Source of the DNA: Alphaproteobacteria bacterium
GTDB taxonomy: Bacteria > Pseudomonadota > Alphaproteobacteria > Rs-D84
Direction of reading: 5' to 3'
Assembly: GCA_017436325.1 (NCBI GenBank)
Contig: JAFSDI010000002.1
Coordinates: 35,457 to 99,456 of the forward strand
Length of the DNA: 64,000 bases
This document shows positions 40,201 to 49,973 of this stretch, one piece after another. The notes under the pieces are model-generated. The model did no database searches. It saw only the letters and a list, made by a program, of their open reading frames with translations, and was not told where the DNA came from. The stretch's first letter is position 1, and every line of letters starts with the position of its first letter. The position numbers and the translations under genes are program-made.

Positions 40201-40268
40201 CGGGTTCTGGTGAATATAGCACTGAAATCGAAGGCTATGCATTAAGTATTTCTGTTGCAAAGGCATAA
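37245..40268 (+). CDS. ileS: Isoleucine--tRNA ligase (type 2, eukaryote-like).
   Basis: WTTTPWTLPAN is present. The HIGH-like motif is PHWGH and the KMSKS-like motif is KFSKS. Confidence 0.85.
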   Translation: MSYPKTDTKADFTALEQQVLNYWRENNTFHKSLEQTKRGRPFSFYDGPPFANGLPHWGHLGVSVVKDMIARYQTMHGRYVVRELGWDCHGLPAENSVEKKQGRSAKNIVASDGISAFCDMCRTDVMTYANEWNRFITRMGRWVDIGDGYGYKTMDKNYMESMLWTLKSLYEKGLLYKDYSVNPFDWVNGTVVSNSEASQDYREIVDDAVTVWFELENGDRAIAWTTTPWTLPANSALAVNPNMTYLRMQDTDGAVYIIAETRLKAYEKQFSTTTEVGRISGAELAGMHYSPLFPYYENPTGLLYQVIPADYVSDSDGTGIVHIAPAYGADDFWAAKNIDPKFPVLLNVDNYGNFTDDVLDFAGQNIFAATPAILEWLKTNGKLIKKEQYKHSYPFGDRSKEKLIYRATDSWYIDVPKIKDKLIANNNQVNWTSAGERFRSWIEGARPWSISRNRFWGMPLPIWERDGEYKVFGSIAELEDFFGVPVKDLHRPTLDKLTKDGWTRIPDVLDCWVESGSMPWASLHYPFENQDKFAATFPADYIIEGQDQTRGWFYALMVLATALFDKPAFMAVSANGMVVDENKKKFSKSLRNFVNPAEQIEQYGADAVRLFILGSNFMKAEPVPVDKEGKVFAESTKTLQTPLWNAYHFFTLYANAGNVTAHEMTNPENPLDKYILAELSELTSVVDDALNEYKPDAAIKEFVRFLDVLNNWYIRRGRTRFWDEEQAAFDTLYTVLTVLCRLLAPFAPFISEYIYRNLTGAESVHLTDFPSATNSDKQIVEDMRRVQSIVSVGKQLREQYKLRNRLPLNSLTVAGVSMPEYSDIIKEELNVKSVVFCETFDNVADSFIYLITPKIGARLGGALKEIIPAVKRGDYQIVGDSLVTAGHTLNADEFENRLTVRGGVSGAALPDNTAVIVLDTEVSADLVAEGLANDALRFIQDTRKAAGLDVSDRIMLTYCADPALANAIEQHRKRIMHDALIREMVSGSGEYSTEIEGYALSISVAKA

Positions 40269-40271
40269 GAT

Positions 40272-40472
40272 ATGGCAAAGATATTTTGTGCAAATATATA
40301 TCGGGATTGCTGTTGGCGTTCCTTGGACGGGGTTTGTTGTGCGGCCCCTGACAAGGAATGCGACCGCAAGACATTTGTAGATGACCCAGTTCAAGAACTT
40401 ATATTGTCGTATATGATAAAAATAGACAGACAAAATCAAGTCTTGTTCTTACAAAAACAAAATCAAAAGTAA
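40272..40472 (+). CDS. Small Cys-rich ORF of 66 aa with 6 Cys, translationally coupled between ileS and nth.
   Basis: Its start lies 3 nt after the ileS stop, and its stop overlaps the nth ATG (TAATGA). It is of doubtful reality. Confidence 0.25.
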   Translation: MAKIFCANIYRDCCWRSLDGVCCAAPDKECDRKTFVDDPVQELILSYMIKIDRQNQVLFLQKQNQK

Positions 40473-41116
40473 TGACACCGGCACAATATTTTGATGCAGT
40501 TATTCCGACCGTTGATATGACGATACGGTCGGAACTGTATCATACAAATGAATTTAACTTTGCGGTGGCTGTGATACTGTCTGCACAGGCAACCGATAAA
40601 AAAGTTAATGAAGTAACCCCTGCCCTATTCGCAGTTGCACCAACCCCGCAGAAAATGTTAGAACTGGGGCTTGATGGTTTAAAGGAACATATTCGTGTTA
40701 TTTCATTCTTTAATAACAAGGCCAAAAATATCATCGCATTATCAGAACAATTATCTGCGATTGGTATGACCGATACTTTCCCATCAGAATACCATAATCG
40801 CGATAGTTTGATGAAGTTGTCTGGCATCGGACAAAAGACTGCTAATGTTGTGTGTAATGTTTTATGGGGTGCGCCAAACATTGGTGTGGATACGCATGTT
40901 TTTCGCAATGCACATCGATATGGCTGGGTTGGGATTGAAGATAACACCCCAGAAAAAGTTGAACGGAAATTATTGCAATTGATTCCAAAGAAATATCATC
41001 CTGTGGTAAATCATGTTATGGTTTTACATGGCCGATATGTATGTAAAGCATTGCGGCCAGATTGTGCAAATTGCCCTGTGCGCAAAATATGTCCGGTAAT
41101 TAATGGTATAAAATAA
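40472..41116 (+). CDS. nth: Endonuclease III.
   Basis: HhH-GPD fold with the 4Fe-4S cluster motif CKALRPDCANCPVRKIC. Confidence 0.88.
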   Translation: MTPAQYFDAVIPTVDMTIRSELYHTNEFNFAVAVILSAQATDKKVNEVTPALFAVAPTPQKMLELGLDGLKEHIRVISFFNNKAKNIIALSEQLSAIGMTDTFPSEYHNRDSLMKLSGIGQKTANVVCNVLWGAPNIGVDTHVFRNAHRYGWVGIEDNTPEKVERKLLQLIPKKYHPVVNHVMVLHGRYVCKALRPDCANCPVRKICPVINGIK

Positions 41117-41139
41117 AATCCGCCCAATTGGGCGGTATA

Positions 41140-41910
41140 TTATTTTAATTCCAGCATTAATCCGCAATGGTCTGTTGGCTTATCTGCCAGTCTTGGGCCC
41201 ATATCGATTTCACAGTTTTTTATCATTTTTGTTGCGACCTTGTTGCACAAGAAATAATCTAAACGTAAACCTTGTTTGTTTCCAATTGTATCGCGTCCGC
41301 GATATCCATACCATGTATATCCAATTTCATCTGGATGCAGGCTGCGCCATGCATCTGTCCAACCGCTGTCCAACCATTTTTGCATAATTTCGCGCGCTTG
41401 TGGGGATGCGATTGCAATACCGACATAGTTTCGTGGCGACCAAACATCACGGTCTTCGATTGCGACATTAAAATCACCACCGATTATAACGGGTTCTGCC
41501 GAGTCAAGATATTGTTCGATATAATTTGTAAATTTATTCATCCATTCCAGTTTATACGGAAATTTTGGTGAATCAACAGTATCACCATTTGGCATATATG
41601 TATTAATCAGGCGTATACGCCCATCGACAACACATTCGATAAATCTGGCGTTAACATCTGGGTATATTGGCATACCAATCACAGTATCTTCGATAGAATA
41701 TTTAGAAAAAACTGCGACCCCATTCCAACTTTTTTGACCGAACACCTTGATATTATAACCGAATTCATCAAACAGCATATATGGGAAATTTGCTGTTTCG
41801 ACTTTCAGTTCTTGAACCATAATCACATCGTATTCACCGCTGCGCAGTATATCCATAAAGCTTTCGATGTGCGCCCGTATAGAGTTAATGTTTAGTGTTA
41901 AAATTTTCAT
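41140..41910 (-). CDS. xthA: Exodeoxyribonuclease III.
   Basis: MKILTLNINSIRAH, EEP fold. The start was moved to the internal Met. Confidence 0.85.
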   Translation of the reverse strand: MKILTLNINSIRAHIESFMDILRSGEYDVIMVQELKVETANFPYMLFDEFGYNIKVFGQKSWNGVAVFSKYSIEDTVIGMPIYPDVNARFIECVVDGRIRLINTYMPNGDTVDSPKFPYKLEWMNKFTNYIEQYLDSAEPVIIGGDFNVAIEDRDVWSPRNYVGIAIASPQAREIMQKWLDSGWTDAWRSLHPDEIGYTWYGYRGRDTIGNKQGLRLDYFLCNKVATKMIKNCEIDMGPRLADKPTDHCGLMLELK

Positions 41911-41980
41911 ATTTGCATTCCTGTTATCTTTAGGTATAATATCAAGCGTCCAATATAAAAACAACAAGGAATTTTAAGAT

Positions 41981-43561
41981 ATGAATATGTATCAATTACT
42001 GGAACGCACCGCGCAAACATATCCAGATAACTTGTATCTGGTTCGCGAAGGCGTTGCATACAAAGATTTTATTAATTTGGTAAAGGCACGTGCCGCATCG
42101 CTTGATGCAGCGGGGCTAAAGAAAGGCGACATTGTTGGTATTTTGTCACATAACATACCAGAATTTCCAATTACTATGTTTGCGATATGGTATTTGGGTG
42201 GAACGGTATTGTTACTGGATACGAATTTAACACCGTTTGAATATGACAATATGGCATCGATAACAAATTGCCATTTGGTATGTGCAGAAAAATCATTTGT
42301 TTATAAAACAGATAAATTTAAATTCTATGACATCACTAAAAAAGACAAGGGTGTAAATCCAGACTTGAAACCAGCCGCGGTTGAATCAACAGATATCGCA
42401 ACGATGTCCTTCACATCTGGTTCGACCGGCGTACCAAAGGTTGTGCCTTTGACACACTTTAATATCGTTGAATGCGCAAATTCATTGGAGTCAATGGCAG
42501 AATGGATACGTCCTGGGGACTATTTGTATGGATTCTTGCCAATGTATCATGTGTTTGGTTTTGGGGTTGAAATCTTGGCAACGTTGCATTATGGCGCGGG
42601 GGTCTTGTTGCAACCAACAATTAATCCAAAAGAAATTATGGCAGACTTTAAAAAATTCAGTCCGCAAATTATACCTGCTGTACCACGCCTGTGGGAGGTT
42701 TTTCGTAACAAAATCATCGATAATATCAAGGCACAAAAGAAATGGTGGTTGGTATCATTTGTTTTGAAATATGGAAAAATTCTTGAAAAAATCGGACTTG
42801 GGTTCTTGGTACGTAAGGTACAAAAACCTATCTTGGATGTATTTGGTGGGCGTGCGCGTTTATTGATTGCGGGTGGCGCTGCAACCAAGCCAGAGGTTGA
42901 AACTTTTTACGAACGGCTTGGGCTGACATTTATCCAAGGTTATGGTTTAACCGAAACAGTTGGGCCAATCTGTATTTCAAAGCCAACCAAAAAGCGTTTT
43001 CCATTTGCATTTGGTGCCCCAACAATTAATAACGAATGCGAAATTCGTGATAAGAACGAAGATGGTGTTGGTGTGCTGTGGCTGCGTGGTCACCAGGTAT
43101 TTGGTGGTTATTTAAACAACGATGCTGCAAATGCAGAAATCTTTGACGAGCGTGGATTTTTTAACACGGGTGATATGGTATCAATGGATAAAAACGGTGA
43201 ATTACATTTCGCTGGTCGTAAAAAACAAGTTATTGTTTTGGACAGTGGTAAAAACGTTTATCCTGATGAGTTAGAAGGTCTATTCATCACAATACCTGGT
43301 GTAAAAAACGTTGCGGTATTTGAACATCGTGTCAAAGACAAAACCGTCACATACGGCGTATTTAGTGTCGAAGAAGGTATGACGATGGAAAAACTAAGTG
43401 CCGAAGTTGCGGCGGCAAATAAAAAAGTTGCAAGTTATAAATGGGTAACACATTTTGCGATGACAACCGAAGATTTGCCTTTGACCAGCACGCAAAAGGT
43501 AAAGCACCATATTGTTCGTCAAAATCTGATTGATGGAAAATATCCAGACAGACACGAATAA
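41981..43561 (+). CDS. AMP-dependent synthetase/ligase (acyl-CoA synthetase family).
   Basis: The AMP-binding motif SFTSGSTGVPKVV is present. Confidence 0.7.
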   Translation: MNMYQLLERTAQTYPDNLYLVREGVAYKDFINLVKARAASLDAAGLKKGDIVGILSHNIPEFPITMFAIWYLGGTVLLLDTNLTPFEYDNMASITNCHLVCAEKSFVYKTDKFKFYDITKKDKGVNPDLKPAAVESTDIATMSFTSGSTGVPKVVPLTHFNIVECANSLESMAEWIRPGDYLYGFLPMYHVFGFGVEILATLHYGAGVLLQPTINPKEIMADFKKFSPQIIPAVPRLWEVFRNKIIDNIKAQKKWWLVSFVLKYGKILEKIGLGFLVRKVQKPILDVFGGRARLLIAGGAATKPEVETFYERLGLTFIQGYGLTETVGPICISKPTKKRFPFAFGAPTINNECEIRDKNEDGVGVLWLRGHQVFGGYLNNDAANAEIFDERGFFNTGDMVSMDKNGELHFAGRKKQVIVLDSGKNVYPDELEGLFITIPGVKNVAVFEHRVKDKTVTYGVFSVEEGMTMEKLSAEVAAANKKVASYKWVTHFAMTTEDLPLTSTQKVKHHIVRQNLIDGKYPDRHE

Positions 43562-43665
43562 AACCAATCCCCCAAAAAAATGGGGGATTTTTTTACCGAC
43601 ATTTTGTTTGATTTTAATGTTTGTTGTTGATATATTAACAATCTGAATTCACAAGGGAAATAGAA

Positions 43666-44202
43666 ATGAAAAAATACATTTTAATTATTTCGATTATACT
43701 TGGTACATTGTTTCTGGACCAATTGTCAAAGGGGGTGTTAATTTATCTTATATCAGGAACAGTACCGTTATTTGGTGCGGCATGGGATGTTGTTCCTGTT
43801 TCATATTTGATGGCAAATGTATTTGATTTTTTCAATATTGTGTTTACATGGAATTTTGGTGCTTCTTTTTCGATGTTTCGCACACTTGGTGAATCTGCGC
43901 CATTTATTATAATTATTATTACAGGCATTGTTATTGGTATGCTTATGTATTATTTATTAACGCGTGCAAGACGATATGAAATAATACCATTATCGTTGGT
44001 ATGTGGTGGTGCGATTGGGAACTTGGTTGACAGAATTCGTTTTGGCGCGGTTGTTGACTTTTTAGATTTTCATATTGGTGGATTACATTGGCCTGCATTT
44101 AATGTGGCTGATATCTGTATTGTTTTTGGTGTTGGTTTGTATTTATTAAACTTGTATTTAGCACGAAAAAAATGTTTAAAATCAATAAAGGATGGTAAAT
44201 AA
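43666..44202 (+). CDS. lspA: Lipoprotein signal peptidase II.
   Basis: TWNFGASFSMF and NLVDR are present, with 4 transmembrane segments. Confidence 0.88.
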   Translation: MKKYILIISIILGTLFLDQLSKGVLIYLISGTVPLFGAAWDVVPVSYLMANVFDFFNIVFTWNFGASFSMFRTLGESAPFIIIIITGIVIGMLMYYLLTRARRYEIIPLSLVCGGAIGNLVDRIRFGAVVDFLDFHIGGLHWPAFNVADICIVFGVGLYLLNLYLARKKCLKSIKDGK

Positions 44203-44204
44203 CA

Positions 44205-45767
44205 ATGGTTCAATATATGGATAAAAATTCTGGTTTTAATATGTGGAATGCAAATAAAAATGCTGTGCAACGAAAATCGCCTTTATCGGGTTTTTTGTGG
44301 TGGTTGTTAATATTTATTTTTGCCTGGTGGGCAATTGGTGCGATAATGAATCCAACGACACCGACATCGGCTGTACCTGATGTACAAATAAGCGAAGATA
44401 TTACATCTGTTCCTGTCACAAATATTTCATCGGATAAAATCAAGGCGGATATCCAAGGGCTGCGTATATCAAATGTTGAATTATTAGAATATGCAAAAAC
44501 GCCTGATTCCCAGGAATCGATTGTTTTATTAGGTTCAGATGGGAATTTTATAGAATCAGGTCTGCTTGCAACTGGGACAACTGCGCCTGTTTCGAAAACA
44601 ATATGGGCAATTAGTGATGATGGCGCACAGGTTTGGAATAATCCTGATGGTGTCAGATTTATTCGTCATATTAACACAGACGGATATCTAATTACTATTA
44701 CAGATAGCATTGAAAATAATTCTGGCAAAGATATTGCGATTGCACCATATGTACGAATTGTAAAAGACAACGATATGCAGTCTGCATCTGGTGTTTCTGC
44801 TGGTGCGATATCTTATGTAAATTCAGATGTCGAAGATTTGACGTGGGCGCAACTGGACAAGAAATCCTATGCATATTCAACTGCAACAGGTTTTGCAGGT
44901 TTTGCAGATCAATATTGGGAAACTGTTGCATCAATGGATTCAGTTGACCAAACGATACGTATAAAGAAATCTGGTGACAAATATATGACAGACAGTGCTG
45001 CCGCGGCATTATCTGTTGCGGATGGTGACACAAGAACCCTGACAACAAACATTTATGTTGGTCCGCGCGACCAAACAGTTTTAAATTCTGTTGATTCAAA
45101 AATTTCTGGTATTGCAGACACTATTGATTATGGTTGGTTTTGGTTCTTAGCACGTCCAATGTTATGGGTATTAAATGGCATAAATCACGTTGTAATGAAT
45201 TACGGTGTGGCCATTATTGTTATGACTATATTATTGCGCCTGTTGATGTGGCCATTGACGCGCAAGTCATATACATCGATGGCGGCGATGCAAAAAATGC
45301 AACCAGAAATGCAGCGTATACAAAAATTATATGGCAATGATAAAATGCGTCTGCAGATGGAAATGATGAAATTGTATCAAACATACAAGACTTCACCGAT
45401 GTCTGGTTGTTTACCAATGTTGATTCAGATTCCAATATTCTTTGCATTATACAAGGCATTATTAGTTTCTGTTCAGATGAGAAATGCGCACTTTTTATGG
45501 ATTTCTGACTTATCTGTAATGGATCCATATTTTATATTGCCAATATTAATGGGTTTAACAATGTGGGCACAACAATATTTACAGTCTGCAAATAAATCTG
45601 CGCCATCGAATGATGTTGTTGCGCAAACGCAAAAGATGATGAACTGGATGCCATTATTGTTCACAATTATGTTTGCGTGGATGCCTGCTGGTTTGGTATT
45701 GTATTGGACTGTATCTAATGTATTTGGTATCATTCAAATGGAAATCATTAAAAGGCAAGGTAAGTAA
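44205..45767 (+). CDS. yidC: Membrane protein insertase YidC.
   Basis: 520 aa with a large periplasmic domain and the conserved C-terminal transmembrane core. Confidence 0.88.
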   Translation: MVQYMDKNSGFNMWNANKNAVQRKSPLSGFLWWLLIFIFAWWAIGAIMNPTTPTSAVPDVQISEDITSVPVTNISSDKIKADIQGLRISNVELLEYAKTPDSQESIVLLGSDGNFIESGLLATGTTAPVSKTIWAISDDGAQVWNNPDGVRFIRHINTDGYLITITDSIENNSGKDIAIAPYVRIVKDNDMQSASGVSAGAISYVNSDVEDLTWAQLDKKSYAYSTATGFAGFADQYWETVASMDSVDQTIRIKKSGDKYMTDSAAAALSVADGDTRTLTTNIYVGPRDQTVLNSVDSKISGIADTIDYGWFWFLARPMLWVLNGINHVVMNYGVAIIVMTILLRLLMWPLTRKSYTSMAAMQKMQPEMQRIQKLYGNDKMRLQMEMMKLYQTYKTSPMSGCLPMLIQIPIFFALYKALLVSVQMRNAHFLWISDLSVMDPYFILPILMGLTMWAQQYLQSANKSAPSNDVVAQTQKMMNWMPLLFTIMFAWMPAGLVLYWTVSNVFGIIQMEIIKRQGK

Positions 45768-45830
45768 AAATTAATGCAAAAAATAAGAACGCTGAAAAAT
45801 ATCAGCGTTCTATTTTTTTTGATATATTGC

Positions 45831-48233
45831 TTATATCTGTGCGCGAACCTCTTCCACTTCATAGCATTCTACGCGGTCACCTTCTTTTAAGTCGTTATAC
45901 TTATCAAAAGACATACCAAATTCGACACCACCAGATACTTCTTTAACCTCATTCTTTTCGCGGCGCAGTTGTCCAATTTTACCGTCATATATAACAACGT
46001 TATTACGCAACAGACGAACGAAAGCATCTCTCTTTATTACACCTTCGGTCAGGCGGCAACCTGCGACACGAACACCTTTACCCACAGTGAACAATGCGAT
46101 AACATCGGCATAACCGATAAATGTTTCACGTTTTTCTGGTGCCAATTTACCCGACATAATTTCTTTAATTTCATCTGTGATACGATATACGACACTGTGG
46201 TATCTGATATCAACACCATTATTGCGTGCCATATCACGAACACTGGAATCTGCGCGGACATTAAATGCAATAATAACTGCACCCGATGCTGTCGCCAGAC
46301 GGATATCGCCTTCGGTAATTTGACCGACCCCAGAAGATAGAATTTCGACACCGACTTTATCGGTATTTATATCTTTTATCATATCTGAAATTGCTTCAAC
46401 AGAACCTTGAACATCTGCGCGCAAAACGATTGGTAAAATTAATTTTTTATTTTCGTCACGTTTTGCAAACAGTTCTTCCAAAGACGTGCGTTTAACTGCA
46501 TTTGCTTTATCTTTTGTTTTTTGTGCACGGTATGCTGCAACTTCACGTGTTTGTGCTTCGTTTTCCATAACGCGTAAGTCATCGCCGGCACTTGGCACAG
46601 AATTCAGCCCCAGAACCATTGCTGGTTGTCCTGGTCGAACAGATTTCACACGTTCGCCCATTGAGTTTATCAGTCCGCGTACGCGACCAAAAGTTTCACC
46701 GACAACGAATACATCGCCAATTTTTAGTGTTCCCTGACGCATCAATATTGTTGCCACCGGCCCTAAGCCCTTTTCTTGTTTTGCTTCGACAACATATGCG
46801 ACCGCCGGCATATCTGCATCTGCCTTTAGTTCCATAATTTCTGCCTGCAACAGAATTGCTTCTTCAAGTTTGTCTAATCCGATTTTCTGTTTTGCCGATA
46901 TTTCGACACATTGCACATCGCCCCCCATATCTTCGACTTGGACTTCTTGTTGCAACAAGTCTGTCTTTACGCGCATCGGATTTGCTTCTGGCAGGTCTAT
47001 TTTATTAATTGCCACAATAAAAGGAACCTTTGCAGCGCGAATATGATTAATTGCTTCGATTGTTTGTGGCATAATAGAATCATTAGCCGCCACAACCAGA
47101 ACAACTATATCAGCCATTTGTGCACCACGCGCACGCATTGCTGTAAAAGTTTCGTGCCCAGGTGTGTCCAAGAAAGTAATCATTGCACCAGATTTAGTTT
47201 TAACTTCATACGAAGAAACGTGTTGTGTAATTCCACCCGCTTCACCGGCAACAACGTTTGCATTACGGAATGCGTCCAGCAAGGATGTTTTACCATGGTC
47301 TACGTGTCCTACAACAGTGACGACTGGTGCGCGTGGTGTTAAATTTTCTGGATTTGGTTCACGTTCTAATATATCTGCATATGGTTTTACGTCAACACGT
47401 TTTACTGTTGCGCCAAATTCACCTGCGATTAATTCTGCAGTATCCGCATCAATAGACTGGTTAACAGAAACCATCATACCCATTTCCATCAATTTTTTGA
47501 TAACATTGCCTACTTTTTCAGCCATCGCAGCGGCTAAATCTTTTACGGTAATTGTATCACCCAAAGAAACGATATGTTCAACCTTTTGTGGTGCAGAAAA
47601 TACTGCACGTGCTTTTTCACGAAAACGCTTCAGTGAGGCTTCTGAACGGCGGCGATTTGCGCCACGAATCCCGATTTCATCATCGTCATCATCATTTCCC
47701 ATAACAATATCACGCAAATGAATCTTGCCGGATTTCTTAAAGTCTTTTTTTGCATTTGCAAACCGGTTTGCACGATTATCGTCATCATCATCAGCGCGGT
47801 TTTTACGTGTGTTTCCTGCTGGTGCATTATTCGTAAAGACCTTGCGTTGTTGTGTTTGTGTTTTTGGTTTTTGTTCCACAACGGTGTCATCGGCAACTTT
47901 TTCAGCCGTGTTTTCACGTGCAGCCAACTGTTCACGAACTTGTTCGTATTCACGATTTTCGCGTTCTATTTCTGCATCACGTGCGGCGCGTGCGGCCGCT
48001 TCTTCAGCCTCGCGTTTTTTACGTTCTTCTTCACGTGCCTTTGCGGCAGCCAGCACTGCGCGCAGTTTTTCATCTGTTGCATTACGTGGTGCAGGTGGTG
48101 TTGATGGTTCGTCGCGCAGTTCTTTACTGTTTGGTGCAACAACACGGCGGCGGCGTTCAACGAACACCGCATCACCTTTTTTGCTGCGTACTGCATCAGT
48201 TGTCACAGATTTTCCAAGTGTTAATGTTGCCAT
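45831..48233 (-). CDS. infB: Translation initiation factor IF-2.
   Basis: The G-domain motif [12 protein letters not shown] is present, with a basic N-terminal region. Confidence 0.93.
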   Translation of the reverse strand: MATLTLGKSVTTDAVRSKKGDAVFVERRRRVVAPNSKELRDEPSTPPAPRNATDEKLRAVLAAAKAREEERKKREAEEAAARAARDAEIERENREYEQVREQLAARENTAEKVADDTVVEQKPKTQTQQRKVFTNNAPAGNTRKNRADDDDDNRANRFANAKKDFKKSGKIHLRDIVMGNDDDDDEIGIRGANRRRSEASLKRFREKARAVFSAPQKVEHIVSLGDTITVKDLAAAMAEKVGNVIKKLMEMGMMVSVNQSIDADTAELIAGEFGATVKRVDVKPYADILEREPNPENLTPRAPVVTVVGHVDHGKTSLLDAFRNANVVAGEAGGITQHVSSYEVKTKSGAMITFLDTPGHETFTAMRARGAQMADIVVLVVAANDSIMPQTIEAINHIRAAKVPFIVAINKIDLPEANPMRVKTDLLQQEVQVEDMGGDVQCVEISAKQKIGLDKLEEAILLQAEIMELKADADMPAVAYVVEAKQEKGLGPVATILMRQGTLKIGDVFVVGETFGRVRGLINSMGERVKSVRPGQPAMVLGLNSVPSAGDDLRVMENEAQTREVAAYRAQKTKDKANAVKRTSLEELFAKRDENKKLILPIVLRADVQGSVEAISDMIKDINTDKVGVEILSSGVGQITEGDIRLATASGAVIIAFNVRADSSVRDMARNNGVDIRYHSVVYRITDEIKEIMSGKLAPEKRETFIGYADVIALFTVGKGVRVAGCRLTEGVIKRDAFVRLLRNNVVIYDGKIGQLRREKNEVKEVSGGVEFGMSFDKYNDLKEGDRVECYEVEEVRAQI

Positions 48234-48256
48234 TATATACTTACTCCGTACTAAAT

Positions 48257-49792
48257 TTATTCTTCTTCCTGATTGATATTATATGCGATTTCACGTGCTT
48301 TCATAATAATACGACCCGCCAAGCGATTAGATATTGTATCTTCGCCCAAGATTTCCAACAATTCATCTGTTGATAAATCTGCCAGTTCCTGTAAAGATTT
48401 GATACCATTTTCACCCATTTTCATAATGATAGGCCGTCTTACAAATGTAAAGTTTAACAAATCATCTGTCATACCCAATTTATGGCCGCCATCCAGATAG
48501 TCTTGTTCGATTTTATCCAGATAACCTTTTGCACGTTTTTGCAGTTCCGCGGCTAATTCAGGATTAAATCCTTCGATTTCTTCCAATTCTTTGACATCGA
48601 CAAATGCGATTTCTTCGATTGTACGGAATCCTTCTGTAATTAACAGTCGTGCAATCATTTCATCGACATCCAGCCCACTGATGAACAGTTCAGTTTTTTC
48701 TTGGAATTCTTTTGCGCGCCGTTCTTGTTCTTCGGCCTCGCTCATAACATCAATATTCCATCCTGTCAATTGTGATGCCAGACGTACATTTTGTCCACGT
48801 CTGCCAATTGCTAATGACAATTGGTCTTCTGTGACAACGACCGCAGCGCTGTGAGTATCCTCATCAACGATAATTTTTGCGACCTTGGCTGGTTGCACAG
48901 CGTTTACAATAAATACAGCAGGGTCTTCGGAATACAGTATAACGTCAATTTTTTCACCGTTGCACTCATTGATAACAGGTTGTATACGTGTTCCCTTGAT
49001 ACCAACTGTCATACCGACTGCATCAATAGATGGGTCTGCTGTTTCCACTGCGATTTTTGCGTGTGACCCAGGGGCGCGTGAAACAGATTTGATTTTAATA
49101 ATACCTTCATATATTTCTGGAACTTCCTGTGCGAACAGTTTTTCCATAAACATTGGGTGTGTACGTGTCAAGAATATCTGTGGTCCTGTATTAGAACGTG
49201 ATACATCCAATATTAATGCGCGAATACGGTCACCTACGTTTAAGCGTTCGCCTGGGATTAATTCTGTTCCCTTGATAAAGCCTTCGGCTTTGCCGTTAAT
49301 ATCAACGAACACACTGCCGAATTCGACACGTTTTACAACGACGCTAACGATATCACCAATATTGTCTTTGAATTCTTCATATTGGCGACCTTTTTCAGCA
49401 TCGCGTACACGTGTAGTCATCATTTGTTTTGCGGTTTGAAATGCCATACGGCCAAATTCTGGTTCTGGCAAAGCATCTTCTACTACATCACCGACAACAG
49501 GGTTTTTAGCATATTTTTTTGCTTGTTCAACAGTCAGCATTGTGTTTGGGTTGTATTCTTCAACAGATTCAGGGCTATCAATAACTGTAAACAAACGTTT
49601 TACACGAATTGCGCCATTTTTACGGTCAATAGCTGATGTGATATCAAATTCTTCGCCATATTTGTGTTTTGCGATTTTTGTAATTGCAGCTTCCAAAGAA
49701 CCGAATACAACTTCACGGTCGATTTGTTTTTCTTGGGCCAGCGAATCAATCGACAGCAATAAATCTTGACGTGGCATCGAAACAAAAGACAT
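48257..49792 (-). CDS. nusA: Transcription termination/antitermination factor NusA.
   Basis: S1 and KH domains are present, plus C-terminal acidic repeats. No rimP lies upstream. Confidence 0.9.
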   Translation of the reverse strand: MSFVSMPRQDLLLSIDSLAQEKQIDREVVFGSLEAAITKIAKHKYGEEFDITSAIDRKNGAIRVKRLFTVIDSPESVEEYNPNTMLTVEQAKKYAKNPVVGDVVEDALPEPEFGRMAFQTAKQMMTTRVRDAEKGRQYEEFKDNIGDIVSVVVKRVEFGSVFVDINGKAEGFIKGTELIPGERLNVGDRIRALILDVSRSNTGPQIFLTRTHPMFMEKLFAQEVPEIYEGIIKIKSVSRAPGSHAKIAVETADPSIDAVGMTVGIKGTRIQPVINECNGEKIDVILYSEDPAVFIVNAVQPAKVAKIIVDEDTHSAAVVVTEDQLSLAIGRRGQNVRLASQLTGWNIDVMSEAEEQERRAKEFQEKTELFISGLDVDEMIARLLITEGFRTIEEIAFVDVKELEEIEGFNPELAAELQKRAKGYLDKIEQDYLDGGHKLGMTDDLLNFTFVRRPIIMKMGENGIKSLQELADLSTDELLEILGEDTISNRLAGRIIMKAREIAYNINQEEE

Positions 49793-49829
49793 TTATACAC
49801 TCCTTTGCGTTTGTTATATGTCTTAGTGA

Positions 49830-49859
49830 AAGAGCGGGGTTTCTTGCGACCCCGCTCTT
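49830..49859 (-). promoter_or_regulatory. A 10-bp stem-loop in the nusA 5'-UTR (AGAGCGGGGT..ACCCCGCTCT).
   Basis: It is a perfect inverted repeat about 40 nt upstream of the nusA start and is not followed by a U-tract. Confidence 0.35.
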
Positions 49860-49973
49860 AAAATTAACTTTTAAGAACACATATATTATTAAGTTCGAAT
49901 CGTAAAATTGCAAGAAAAAAACAAAATATAAATATGTGGAATCTATAATTTTTTTATTTATAATTTACCTGCT

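Noticed and set aside
45969-48373. A cluster of ORF-track ORFs of 75 to 185 aa on the plus strand, and some on the minus strand, inside infB.
   Set aside because: They are antisense to, or out of frame with, a well-supported infB gene. They have Arg/Ser-rich or low-complexity translations and no ribosome-binding sites. They are spurious.
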